From assembly GCA_008690995.1 (NCBI GenBank), contig VRMN01000004.1, forward strand, positions 496,001 through 560,000: DNA of 64,000 nucleotides. Direction: 5' to 3'. This document shows, one piece after another, positions 1 through 10,166 of the stretch (position 1 is its first letter; each line of letters starts with the position of its first letter). Made by a program: the position numbers and the translations under genes. Below the pieces are notes generated by a model. The model ran no database searches, was not told the DNA's origin, and saw only the letters and a program-made list of their open reading frames with translations. The DNA is from Porphyridium purpureum (taxonomy: Eukaryota).

Positions 1-218
1 GGCTGTCCCCGATCCAGCGAGCTATCCACCTTCTTCCCGTCCGCGTCCAGCGTCAGCGTATAGTGCACGCTCAACGTATCACCGCTCTGCGAGCGAAACG
101 TGCTGCAACCCTCCGGCATGTGCGTGACGATCGTCTCTACTTGCTGCCCGAACGCCGCCGCGCACACCAGAGCAACCGCACACCACATTGCCACCAAACA
201 CGACACCCGCTTCATCAT
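1..218 (-). CDS. FKBP-type peptidyl-prolyl isomerase, ER-type (FKBP2/FKBP15-like); 5' part only, runs off the window
   Basis: Manual translation (not in the ORF track): MMKRVSCLVAMWCAVALVCAAAFG signal peptide, then C..RSQSGDTLSVHYTLTL..DGKKVDSSLDRGQP, the FKBP N-terminal signature. Confidence 0.88.
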   Translation of the reverse strand, partial: MMKRVSCLVAMWCAVALVCAAAFGQQVETIVTHMPEGCSTFRSQSGDTLSVHYTLTLDADGKKVDSSLDRGQ

Positions 219-349
219 GACTAGCTCCCTCCTCACCTTTCTCACCTTTCCGTCTCCAATTCTCGGCGTCTACTCTTCTCTCCTTTCCTCCTGCTTCGTG
301 ATCGCGGCAACCACGCTCGCGCCCCCTCAGATCTCTTACAAAACTCTTT

Positions 350-600
350 CAGCGATGTGCTGCTTGATACGCAAGATGGCGCGGACGAGATATAGATGCT
401 GGAGACCGAAAAGGCTGTCCTTCGCTGAAGCCTCCTTGCCAAGTGGCCCGGCGCAGCTCTTCGTCGCCTGGTCGTGGAGAGCATAGAGCGAAGGAGGGTC
501 GCCTTGGTGCAGCCCACTTGACGCCATGGGCCATTTCATCGGATCAGGACGACTGAGGTACATACCGAGACGGTTGGACATGCCAACTGTTCAGGTGCTG
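350..600 (-). mobile_element. possible non-LTR retrotransposon RT relic
   Basis: ORF 336..581 contains SSGLHQGDPPSLYAL, resembling the RT motif GxxQGDPLxPxLF; no intact YxDD. Confidence 0.25.
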
Positions 601-953
601 TGATTCACTTGTGCAGTCTTCTGGTTTGTTGTTGCCTGACGGATGGTCTTGTGTCGAGAAGATGGTGGAGCAGGTCTTGGACTTCACGAGAATCTCTTTG
701 ATATCGGCTCTGTTTGCTGTTTTCACACCAGCGTTTCATCTTTATATAGTCATGCTTTGCGTGACCCTGTGGTCGGTCACATCCGTCCAGCGCGCGTGGC
801 TTGCTTCCATCCATTGTCAATGGAGAGGTCAATCCACATCACTATACATTTGCACTGTGACAGTTAATGTTCTAGTCGCACTCATCATGCGTCAATCTCT
901 TAGGTTCGGCATGCGTTGCACGGCGCTTCGTTCGCTGCGGATCCAACTCGTCC

Positions 954-1340
954 TTAGTACGATTTGGAAACTCTTCTTCCGCCTCCGCAGCATAGAGTGG
1001 GACACAGGTCATCCTCGAGATTAGTGGTTACCTTGTAGATGCCCATTCTGTCAGAGCCCGAGCCACCAAGGGTGCCGTGGGCACGCCTGGTATATGTTGC
1101 GATGAATTTATCCTCCTCCGCGGCGCGCTGCTCCTCGTCTGGCTCTTCATAGATGGTGCTGAGCGTCGGCCGGAAGCGAGCCAGCCGGCTGGGTCTGAAC
1201 AGGTTTGGCGACAGGTCGATGCACTTGAACTTGAGCTCCAGCAGCGTTGACGACGTGCACGAGGCGGTCAAGAACTGCGTGCGCGCGTCTGCCACGCGCG
1301 CAGCTTGCAGTCGCAGCGACGGTCTCCTCGGCCCGGACAT
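954..1340 (-). CDS. small hypothetical protein with RPTLSTIYEE (LxxIxE) motif
   Basis: ATG at 1340 opens a 128-aa ORF (MSGPRRPSLRL...); microsatellite-rich upstream region as for neighbouring genes. Confidence 0.5.
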   Translation of the reverse strand: MSGPRRPSLRLQAARVADARTQFLTASCTSSTLLELKFKCIDLSPNLFRPSRLARFRPTLSTIYEEPDEEQRAAEEDKFIATYTRRAHGTLGGSGSDRMGIYKVTTNLEDDLCPTLCCGGGRRVSKSY

Positions 1341-1862
1341 GTTCAGTTCGCAAGCATGTGGCCCCACTTCTGACGCGCCGCTCGTGGTGGTCCAGCGGTC
1401 CCACCATGCGAGACGCCCAAGGGCTCGGCCATTAAAGAGAGAGAGAGAGGGACACGGCTTGTACGTTTTCCGTCCGTCCGCCTGTGTGTGTGTGTGTGTG
1501 TGATTGTGAGTGTGCACAAAACGGCATGCGGAGGACGCGTGCGAATCGCTACGCCCCTCGTGCCGTTCATTCCCCTCCTGGCCGGATCATGTGCGTCCAG
1601 GTTGGGCGTACTTACACTGCCGCCATCGTGAAAGGCAGCGCCATTTCGACATTGCGCCGCGGGTTTGCAGTGCGCCTTGATTTCATTCCCACAAGCGACG
1701 GAAGCGGCTTGGCGCTGAGACGTCATGACGCCAGCATCTGAAAGGCCAACCAACCAACCAACCAACCAACCACCTACTGTGGTGGTGGTGTTTTGTTAGT
1801 TGAGGTGCTGGTGTCAACGCCTCAATCCCACACACTCTTCCACGCCGCTCAGTCAAAACACC

Positions 1863-1924
1863 CACACCTACAAACACACCTACAAACACACCTACAAACA
1901 CACCTACAAACACACACACACACA
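1863..1924. repeat. 12-bp tandem repeat (CACACCTACAAA)x4 followed by (CA)n; (CAAC)n at ~1747-1772 and (GT)n at ~1484-1502 nearby
   Basis: read directly from the sequence. Confidence 0.9.
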
Positions 1925-2530
1925 CCAACCAAAGAATTCCTCCCGTGCGTGTCAGAGCCGCCTTTCAACAAGTGAAAGACAAAACCAAAACACACATGCA
2001 AAAGAGAAACCCTAAACCGGGTATAAACCGCGTCGCCACTTTCGGCGCGTGCGTGCACTGCCGCATCCTGCGCGCTCCGGTCATATGAGCACTGCGGCGT
2101 TTCACTCCCCTCACCACCACCGCAAGCAAGAAACACAACACCTGCGAAAAAGGGCACTCGCTTGGTTTATCAGTAAACGCAGCACGGCTTGGTAGATCTT
2201 GCGTAACCCTGGATCTAACTGCGCCGTGTGGTGAGGCACGACCCTCGATCTAACCCGGCACGAAACTGCGCGTGTGTGGGGGGAGGGTAAGGTACAGTGT
2301 GTACACTCCGACGTTTCTTGGCACCGGCGGCGCGGTTTGAAGGAAGCTGTGCGTGGGTGTAATAGAACGGTGCTGTTTTGCGATTGTGGGTGTTCTGGGA
2401 AAGACGGGCCGGCGCGTAAGGTTGAAAAAGTTTGGTCGTGGGGTGGTCTGAAAAGTTTTGTGGGGAGGAGTGCAAGGGAAGCGAGACTGCGGGGGGAGAG
2501 AGAGAGAGGTGGAAGAAGAGAACAGGCACG

Positions 2531-2932
2531 ATGCCGCGACCACTCGTGAAGCAGAAGATCGTGAAGAAGCGCACAAAGCGCTTCCTCCGACACCATTCGG
2601 ACCGGTATAACCGCGTGCCCGAGTCGTGGCGCAAGCCAAAGGGTATTGACTCGGCCGTGCGCAGGCGGTTCCGAGGCACCGTGCGCATGCCCAACATTGG
2701 GTACGGAAGCGATAAGAAGACCAGGGATATGATCCCCAGCGGGTTCTACAAGATTGTGGTGAACAACGTCGAAGAGTTGCAGATGATTATGATGCACAAC
2801 CGTAAGTTTGCGGCCGAAATCGCGCACGCCGTCTCGGCGCCAAACAGGAAGAAGATTGTTGAGCGCGCAAGGGAGCTTGACATCAAGGTGACCAACGCGG
2901 GCGCCCGACTTCGTACGGAGGAGACTGAATAG
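2531..2932 (+). CDS. RPL32: 60S ribosomal protein L32 (eL32)
   Basis: [33 protein letters not shown]...[11 protein letters not shown] at 2531. Confidence 0.98.
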   Translation: MPRPLVKQKIVKKRTKRFLRHHSDRYNRVPESWRKPKGIDSAVRRRFRGTVRMPNIGYGSDKKTRDMIPSGFYKIVVNNVEELQMIMMHNRKFAAEIAHAVSAPNRKKIVERARELDIKVTNAGARLRTEETE

Positions 2933-3263
2933 ACTGTTTGCGTTGCGGTACATGCACGAACGGGCATTCGCGTCTGGGCGGCCAGGTGCAGTCGGCAAGA
3001 ATCCTTACGCGACACCGGCGCACTTCTTCTGCAGGCTGACGAATATGGAGGCCTAGCAAAGTGCGCAAGGACGCTGTCAGAGTGTGCCGATATTCTCATC
3101 TACAAAAGACGACAAGGCCGACAGGGTTTTCTTTGTGAATGGGTGCGTGGTCAGACGGACGCCAAGATCCTGCACTGCTTTCAGACACGATAAAGAGTTT
3201 TGTTTGTATTGCTTATATTAGTGGCGGTCCCCTTGGCTTTCTCTGGTGTTCTCAAGATCCATG

Positions 3264-4268
3264 CTAGTTTTCCATGGCCATGTACATGTAGGTCGCAATC
3301 AGCTTGTCTGACACGGCGGCGGGCGTGAGCACGCCTTCGTCCGTGAAGAGCAAGGTGATGTACTGCGACGGCGTGAAGTCACTGGGAATAACTTCCAAAT
3401 CAAACGAATCAGAGTCGGAACTGGACGCATTTTCTTCTGGCGGGCCACGCGTTCCAACTGCCGGAAACCGCGGTCCGAGTTCCATACCGGGGACCCTTAG
3501 AAGGTCCTTTTGGTTCAGCGGATACAGACGGGCAAACTTGAAGCATTCACTCGCGACGTAGAAAGGCCGATTAAACGCCTTTGCCGCGAGTGCAATGGTG
3601 AGAGTGCCGATGCGGTTGACGAGGCCCCCGTTTTCCACAATGCCCTCTGCGCCCACTAGCACCATGCTCACTTGCTCCATGATGGCGCCAACGGCTGCGT
3701 CCACGACCATCGTCACCGGAATACCCAGCGCGTGCAAGCGCTTCACCATTTTCAGTCCGTCTCCAAACGGCCTGCCCTCGGTGGCAATGACGCGGAACGA
3801 CTTGCCTGAACTGCGCGCGCGCTCAAGAATAGCCGTCACGAGTGAACTATTGCCATGCACCAGCACAGTGCATCCGTCCGCCACAAAGCGTTCGGCGCTC
3901 TGAGCAACGCGCTCAGCGCAAACCTCGGTGCTCTGCGCAAACTCGGAGAAGCGCACAATCATTTGCTGCTTGCTGACCTCGAATGGCAGCGAGTCGAGCG
4001 CCACGCGTGTCACAAAGCGAAAGAAGAGCTCACTCGCCGCCTCGAGCGAGATCGATTTCCGCCCAACGGAGGCCCGGATCGCAGCCAGCGCATCACGCAC
4101 CTCGCGCTCAAGCCCCATCACCGTGCCGGCCTCACTATTTTTCACCACTTCGGCGAGCACTTGCAGCGCCGCCGGCGCCAACTTCTCTCCGCGGGCTACC
4201 CGCCCCTGGAAGTCGACACGAGCGTGCGCAGCCAGCGCTGTTTCGGGGCCCGCTTCGTCCGCCGCCAT
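3264..4268 (-). CDS. translation initiation factor eIF-2B alpha subunit
   Basis: TEGRP, VLVGAEGIVENGGLVNRIGT, FYVASECFKFARLYPLNQKD, DFTPSQYITLLFTD, LTPAAVSD; first ATG at 4268. Confidence 0.93.
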   Translation of the reverse strand: MAADEAGPETALAAHARVDFQGRVARGEKLAPAALQVLAEVVKNSEAGTVMGLEREVRDALAAIRASVGRKSISLEAASELFFRFVTRVALDSLPFEVSKQQMIVRFSEFAQSTEVCAERVAQSAERFVADGCTVLVHGNSSLVTAILERARSSGKSFRVIATEGRPFGDGLKMVKRLHALGIPVTMVVDAAVGAIMEQVSMVLVGAEGIVENGGLVNRIGTLTIALAAKAFNRPFYVASECFKFARLYPLNQKDLLRVPGMELGPRFPAVGTRGPPEENASSSDSDSFDLEVIPSDFTPSQYITLLFTDEGVLTPAAVSDKLIATYMYMAMEN

Positions 4269-4324
4269 ATTCGAATGATTCCAGTCCGAACCTTGCTTGT
4301 GCACAGATGTCTCTTTAGTGAACT

Positions 4325-5959
4325 TTAGTCTTTCAGGCTGTCATTCTTGGGCGCGAAGGGATGTTGCAGGCCATTAGGCAAAATGAGTACGGGCTTCTCG
4401 CCACTGGACGTAAATGCGCTAAATAGGCCCTTCTTCTTGCCCGACTTGGACAAGTTACCGGTCGAATGGATGTCAAGGTACAGCACGATGGCAGTTGTGT
4501 CGTCCACGACAACCTCCATGCGCCGCCACCGCCTCACTGCCTCTGCCACCAGGGCTTCCGCGGCCTCGGCGGCGTCTGAACCGGCGGCGTGCATTTTTGT
4601 CACAAAGTCGCATACTTCACGCGATGTCATGAATTCCCACACTCCGTCGCTGGCCAGAACAATAAACATGTCGCTCTCGGTGAGCGTCACATGCGTGACC
4701 TCCGGAATGGGCATCACTCCGTACTCGCTGAGAATGGTATCGCCAATGCTGCGAGTCATCGCGAGACCCGGAATCCATTCGCGTGGCATCCAAACCCTCA
4801 GCGGGCCCATGTTCCGTCGCCAGCGCGCGATGCGGCCGCCCGCAGCGCGCACTCGCTTCTTTTCATCCGGTCGGGTTGGCTTCTGATCGTACGATAGCCC
4901 AACGGGCTTACACCGCTCTTTCCCTGTTGCAGAAGTTGCACGACGACCCAATATGGCACGCGAGTCACCCACGCACGCCGTATAGCAGTCATTTCCGTGC
5001 AGCCATACGCAGATTGCTGTCGTGCCGCTAAACATGTGGTCTGCCTTGTCCGAAACAACTTCATGCAGCACCTTTTCGGCCTGCGCATGGGAAACGGAAA
5101 GAGCACGCATGCGCACGCGGTGAATCATGGACCTTCTTTCAACGCTTTCCGAGTTGACGTCTGTCCGAAATGTGGTAGTGCTCAACGAGTCCTGCAGCCC
5201 GCTCGCAATGCTGTCGCGCACCGAGTGACTCACTGTGCGTCCTTCGGTGCCATGCCCATCAAAGACACCGAAAAGCATCTGATGGTCAAGCCACGGACCC
5301 ATGGCGCAATATGCATCTTGGTTGGTCTTACGCACCTCCACGCTCCGGTTGTTCTCGCCCCTGACTTGCTCCCATCCAGCTTTGGTACATGCGCCAAACT
5401 TGATATGCGGCACCTTGTCCAGCGCCAGCTCCACGCGACCCTCGCCGTCCTCGCCATCCCTATAATCCGGCGCCGCATTTGGTCGTACTGTGCGCTGCAT
5501 TAGCAAGTCACCGTCAAGCGATAGGCGCTGCATAGCTCCATTATTCGGGTCCAGAGCGTCACCATCCGAGTCCACACTACCGGTCTCAGCCTTATCATTC
5601 TCCAGATCATCCGTCCCAGATCTTGAGGTCATTGCAGTGGCGTGACCCGCGCTCCCATCAGTCCGCGACCGCGTCGCGACTGACTGCGACAAAAGCGCAG
5701 ACTGAGGCTGCTCTTGCAGGTGCGACCCCGACGACGTCGAGCCTACATCTGCGCTGTCCGTTCTTCCATGCGCATGACTGCTACTCCCTTGGGCATGACT
5801 GTGACTGTGACTCTGACTGTAAGTGTGCGTGTGGCTCCTGGCATGCGCGTCGCCCGTCCCATTCATCCCACTCCTACTCGCGCTGTCCTGACGCGCCTCT
5901 GCTGCGGACGCTCCGCCCGCAACCGCCGCAGCAGCCTTTGTTCCACCGCCCCTCCACAT
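4325..5959 (-). CDS. PP2C/PPM-type protein phosphatase with disordered N-terminus
   Basis: NQDAY, FGVFDGHG, SGTTA, VGDSRA, GLAMTRSIGD, VLASDGVWE, DDTT. Confidence 0.95.
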   Translation of the reverse strand: MWRGGGTKAAAAVAGGASAAEARQDSASRSGMNGTGDAHARSHTHTYSQSHSHSHAQGSSSHAHGRTDSADVGSTSSGSHLQEQPQSALLSQSVATRSRTDGSAGHATAMTSRSGTDDLENDKAETGSVDSDGDALDPNNGAMQRLSLDGDLLMQRTVRPNAAPDYRDGEDGEGRVELALDKVPHIKFGACTKAGWEQVRGENNRSVEVRKTNQDAYCAMGPWLDHQMLFGVFDGHGTEGRTVSHSVRDSIASGLQDSLSTTTFRTDVNSESVERRSMIHRVRMRALSVSHAQAEKVLHEVVSDKADHMFSGTTAICVWLHGNDCYTACVGDSRAILGRRATSATGKERCKPVGLSYDQKPTRPDEKKRVRAAGGRIARWRRNMGPLRVWMPREWIPGLAMTRSIGDTILSEYGVMPIPEVTHVTLTESDMFIVLASDGVWEFMTSREVCDFVTKMHAAGSDAAEAAEALVAEAVRRWRRMEVVVDDTTAIVLYLDIHSTGNLSKSGKKKGLFSAFTSSGEKPVLILPNGLQHPFAPKNDSLKD

Positions 5960-6247
5960 TCTCCCGAGAAGCAAACGCCCAACGTCAACGACCTTTCCGT
6001 CCCTCGTTCACCTCCGCTCTGCTCCTCTTCCCTCACTCTTCCACGGGCTGCACGCAGCCGAACAGAAACACGCCCGTTTTTCGAAAATCGAAGCTGGCTG
6101 ACTGTACACCTCGATTGTACTTTTAACCGAAACCGAAAGGATGTTCGTAATTTGTGGCGGAATTTGTGAACCCGCTTTGGAATCACGGCGCGTGCGGTTT
6201 CGAGGCGCGCATGTGGGTGAGGAGGGCGGCCGTGCGTACTGAGAGGG

Positions 6248-7471
6248 ATGTGCGCGGCTCTGTTTGTGTCGCCAGCGCTGGGAGCACCCGCGGCTGGTGC
6301 AAAGCGCCTGCGAGACTCCCGCAGCGCAGTGCCATGCGTAATCTCGGTCAAGTCGAATCGTACGTCCATTCGCTGCATGTGTAGCAGTACCAGCAGCGGC
6401 AGCACAGATGCGTCGGCGACATTCCGAGCGAATCATGTCGAGCTAAGGGGTGTCATTGAAAAGGAGCCTGGCGTGAGAGCCGTGGGAGAATCAGAGGCGT
6501 TGCGGCTCGCGTCATTTGTGCTGCTCGTGCCGAGGTACACGGCAGATCGGAAGAAGGCATTTGACAAGGTGGAGATAAAGGCTTGGAATGAATTGGCAGA
6601 CTTGGTCAGTTCCGCCGCGTTGGGTGCGGGAGAGGAAGTAGCATTGCAGGGAAAACTACGACATGAGTCCTATACGACCAAGTCTGGTACTTTTGTCAGC
6701 AAACTCACTGTGGTCGCAGATGAATTGCACTTTCGTGACGCATTGGCGGCTGGGCGTGGCGAAGCCCAGCCCAGAACATCGCAACCGCAATTTTCAGCGG
6801 CCCCAAAGGCCGAATTCAATGGCTCTGCGACGATGGAGTTTCCGAGTCGTAATGCATTCGCAGGGCTGTCGCCACGTTCCCCGGCCAAGCAGGTCATTGA
6901 ACAAATTTCAGACGCTGTCCCTTGGAACGATCCGGACTGGTGGCCGGCGAGTCAAGAGGAATTTGAGATGGCAATTGGCGTGTCTTCAAGCACGTCTCGA
7001 GAACGAAATGGATATTCAAAACTCGAGTCTAGCGGAAGGCTAAATCGTGAGTCTGTGCGAGTGTCTCTGCCACCTTCGGCAACAGAGAGCGAACCGAGTC
7101 CACCCTCATCAGGGAATTGGCTTACAGAGCTAGAAATGCTGGAGTCGAAGTCATATGATGAAATAGACGTGGGTGCGGCCGACCAACACATTATTGAAGA
7201 TCCTGATTTAGATACGTACATTCCGTCCAAAGTCTCAGACGGGTCGTTTGCAGGCTTGGGTCTGCTTGACGGAGAGACAAACGTCGCTGCTGCCGAGGAG
7301 ATCAAAGAGGAAGCGGAGACGGACGGTGACGACGAATGGTCAGACGGAGAGAGCGATACGGAGACACTAACGTCAGTGGAAAGAAGCAGGCAAGAAGGTG
7401 GACGAGCCGGACATGACAGTGATGTCGATGAATCTTACCTGCACGGAACTTCGTCAGACGATGATTGGTGA
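6248..7471 (+). CDS. organelle-targeted single-stranded DNA-binding protein (SSB OB fold) with long acidic tail
   Basis: Transit-peptide-like N-terminus; NHVELRGVIEKEP..., IKAWNELA, VALQGKLRHESYTTKSG, VVADELHF match the bacterial SSB fold; ends SSDDDW. Confidence 0.8.
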   Translation: MCAALFVSPALGAPAAGAKRLRDSRSAVPCVISVKSNRTSIRCMCSSTSSGSTDASATFRANHVELRGVIEKEPGVRAVGESEALRLASFVLLVPRYTADRKKAFDKVEIKAWNELADLVSSAALGAGEEVALQGKLRHESYTTKSGTFVSKLTVVADELHFRDALAAGRGEAQPRTSQPQFSAAPKAEFNGSATMEFPSRNAFAGLSPRSPAKQVIEQISDAVPWNDPDWWPASQEEFEMAIGVSSSTSRERNGYSKLESSGRLNRESVRVSLPPSATESEPSPPSSGNWLTELEMLESKSYDEIDVGAADQHIIEDPDLDTYIPSKVSDGSFAGLGLLDGETNVAAAEEIKEEAETDGDDEWSDGESDTETLTSVERSRQEGGRAGHDSDVDESYLHGTSSDDDW

Positions 7472-7814
7472 AAGAGATGGATTTACAAACACTCGTGTAC
7501 CTTGAGTTCGCCATTTTGTTAGAACGTGTCTGAAACCATCAAGTAAAATCGAGGCGGAAAACTACACGCTCAACGTCACACCTTTTTTTCGCGTGTGATG
7601 CCACGAGCGCCTATGCGTACCAGGGCCGGACACCGAAACCAATTTTCGAGCCCGAGCAGGAAGGAATAAATGCATCCAGCGCATACCTGCGTGAACAATG
7701 CAGAGATCACATCACGGCAATATGGCCATTCAAATATCTGACACCGTGTATGAGCTCTATTCTTGACTCTTCCCATCCTGCCTTCAGTCGGTGATCGTTG
7801 GAATCTATCCTGCG

Positions 7815-10166
7815 TTAGGCTGGAGAGGAAAGCCCTGCGTGCCGGAGCAGAGCATCGATGCTTGCTTCACGCCCTCGAAACATGCGGTAGATACTTTTCG
7901 CGGGGCGGCTACCGCCCATTGCGAAGACAGTGTTTCGGAGGCGCGTCCCGAGCTCCCGTACTCGCTCTTCATTCTCCAGACCCACCTCCTCGAACGCGGC
8001 GAACGCGTCCGCTGAATACACTTCAGCGTACTTGTAAGAGTAGTAGCCCGCGCTGTATCCACCGGCAAAGATGTGGCCAAACGTGCATAAGAAGCGATCG
8101 TATGGCTGTGGGGGCATGACGAGCGTGCGTTCGCCGACACGCTTTTCCCATTCCAGCATGTTCACACTGCCGTCCGCAGGGAACAGGGAATGCAGCTCCA
8201 GGTCCACGATGCTAAAGTGGAGTTGTCGAAGGAGCATCGAGGCGGCGCGGAATTTCTTTGCCGCGACAATCTTCTCGAAAAATTCCTCAGGCAAAGGTTC
8301 GCCTGACTCCACGTGCTTTGCCATGCCCATGAGTGTGTCGCGATGGTAGCACCAATTCTCCATGTACTGAGATGGCAGTTCAACAAGATCCCACTCCACG
8401 CCGCGGATGCCTGCAACCATGCCGTCTTCCACCGTCAGTGTATGGTTGAGTAAATGACCGAATTCATGGAAAAGCGTCTCGACTTCTCTGAACGTCATGG
8501 TGCTGGGTTTCGATCCTACCGGTGGGCTCTGGTTACAGACAGCATGTCCAACAGGAAGTCGCGCTGTCCGCCCTGCTGGCGCGAACAAGGTTGAACGCGA
8601 CACGACCTCGTCCATCCATGCTCCACCGCGCTTTTCTGCCGGGCGCGAGTATGGATCGAGATAAAAGTAGGCCATGGGCTCACCGCTCTCATTCTGAATG
8701 CAGTAAAATCGCACATGCTCATCCCAAACAGAAATGCTTTCCGCCTCCTTATCCACAGGGACGACAGTGACCCCAAACAAGCGCTTCACCAGACCAAACA
8801 GGCCGTCAAGAACATTCTCGAGTGAAAAGTATGGCCTCAACTGTTCTTCTTCGAAATCAAACTTGGATTCTTTCAGGCGCTCCGAGTAAAACGTCACGTC
8901 CCAGTGCTGTAGGGACTCCCCGGCCGGGAAGCCCATAGACTCCGCAAACGCTTGTAATTCAACGAGCTCCTGCTGCGCGGCTGCATACGCGGCACCACGC
9001 AGCTGCTCCATCAACGCGGTGGCCTCCTCAAACGTCGCTGTTTTGCGCGCAAGGCTCACTTCTGCATAGTGAGCAAAGCCGAGAATGCCGGCCATCTCCT
9101 TACGCAACGCCAAAATTTCTTCGCAAACCGGAACATTGTTCACATCACGCTCAACGTACTCTGCGAGCTCGGATGCGCGCGTCAGCGAGGCCTTGTACAC
9201 TTGTTCACGTAGCTCACGCGATTTCGCGTACTGCATGAACGGCATGTACGACGGAAAGTCTAGCGTGACCGCCCACGGACCGCTTTCAGGCGTCGCACCT
9301 TCGTGCCCCTTGGAAGCAGCGGTCTGTGCTGCCATGGCGCGCCATGAGCTAGGCATCCCCTCGATCTGCTCCTGCTTGTCGAGAATCAACACGTACGCCT
9401 TTGTTGAGTCAAGCACGTTGTTGCCAAACGTCGTGCTCAGCTCGGCGAGCCGCAACTTGATTTCGTTGAAGCGCTTCTTCTGGTCACCCTGCAAAGCGAC
9501 GCCCCCAAGCTCAGCACTGAGCACGTTTTGATCCACTATGCGCTTCTGTGTGTCCGAAAGGGCATCGTATGCCTCCTTTGACGACTGCAACGCCTTGAAG
9601 CCCTTGTAGATGGGTTCCGATTGGCTAATTCGACTCGTGAATGCCACAATCTTGGGCTGCATTTTCTGCTTCGCCTCCCGAAGCGCCTCAGTATCCTTCA
9701 CCCCGCTCAGGTGACTCACGGTGCCCCATACTTTGCCTAGCTTATCGCTCACCTTTTCCAGCGGATGCACGAGCGTTTCAAAGCTTGCGACCGCCGCTGG
9801 CGTAGCTTTGTCCAGCGAAGCTTCGAGCTCTGCCACTTGCTGCTCGGCCCATTGAAGCATTTGCTCCACGGCTGGCTCGACGTGCTCCGGAAGGACCTTT
9901 CCGTACAACGGGAGCACGGCACTGGTGTCGAGTAGGGCATTTGAGTCAGTGGAGGCGCTCATGCTGACAGCACTCAGTCCCACACATCGACGATGTGGCG
10001 CACACAGGTTATGCACTCGCGCAGAACCGACGCTCGCCGACCGCACATTCACACCACCCAGCCGGGAATATCCTGCGGCGTGTGCGCGCGCACGCGCCAG
10101 AGCCGCTGTCGACACGGACGAGGCCGACCACAGTGGCTGCGCCGACGATGACAGCACGAAACCCAT
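7815..10166 (-). CDS. oligopeptidase A (M3A metallopeptidase, organellar OOP/PrlC-like)
   Basis: KRGGAWM, LFHEFGH (HExxH), VELPSQYMENW, FGHIFAGGYSAGYYSY; MGFV transit peptide at 10166 (alternative ATG 10199). Confidence 0.95.
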   Translation of the reverse strand: MGFVLSSSAQPLWSASSVSTAALARARAHAAGYSRLGGVNVRSASVGSARVHNLCAPHRRCVGLSAVSMSASTDSNALLDTSAVLPLYGKVLPEHVEPAVEQMLQWAEQQVAELEASLDKATPAAVASFETLVHPLEKVSDKLGKVWGTVSHLSGVKDTEALREAKQKMQPKIVAFTSRISQSEPIYKGFKALQSSKEAYDALSDTQKRIVDQNVLSAELGGVALQGDQKKRFNEIKLRLAELSTTFGNNVLDSTKAYVLILDKQEQIEGMPSSWRAMAAQTAASKGHEGATPESGPWAVTLDFPSYMPFMQYAKSRELREQVYKASLTRASELAEYVERDVNNVPVCEEILALRKEMAGILGFAHYAEVSLARKTATFEEATALMEQLRGAAYAAAQQELVELQAFAESMGFPAGESLQHWDVTFYSERLKESKFDFEEEQLRPYFSLENVLDGLFGLVKRLFGVTVVPVDKEAESISVWDEHVRFYCIQNESGEPMAYFYLDPYSRPAEKRGGAWMDEVVSRSTLFAPAGRTARLPVGHAVCNQSPPVGSKPSTMTFREVETLFHEFGHLLNHTLTVEDGMVAGIRGVEWDLVELPSQYMENWCYHRDTLMGMAKHVESGEPLPEEFFEKIVAAKKFRAASMLLRQLHFSIVDLELHSLFPADGSVNMLEWEKRVGERTLVMPPQPYDRFLCTFGHIFAGGYSAGYYSYKYAEVYSADAFAAFEEVGLENEERVRELGTRLRNTVFAMGGSRPAKSIYRMFRGREASIDALLRHAGLSSPA

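Noticed and set aside
2111..2998. 295-aa minus-strand ORF (also 42631..43353, 45418..46200, 51155..52000, 58645..59505, 61282..62172)
   Set aside because: Antisense shadows of real GC-rich genes, with no recognisable motifs
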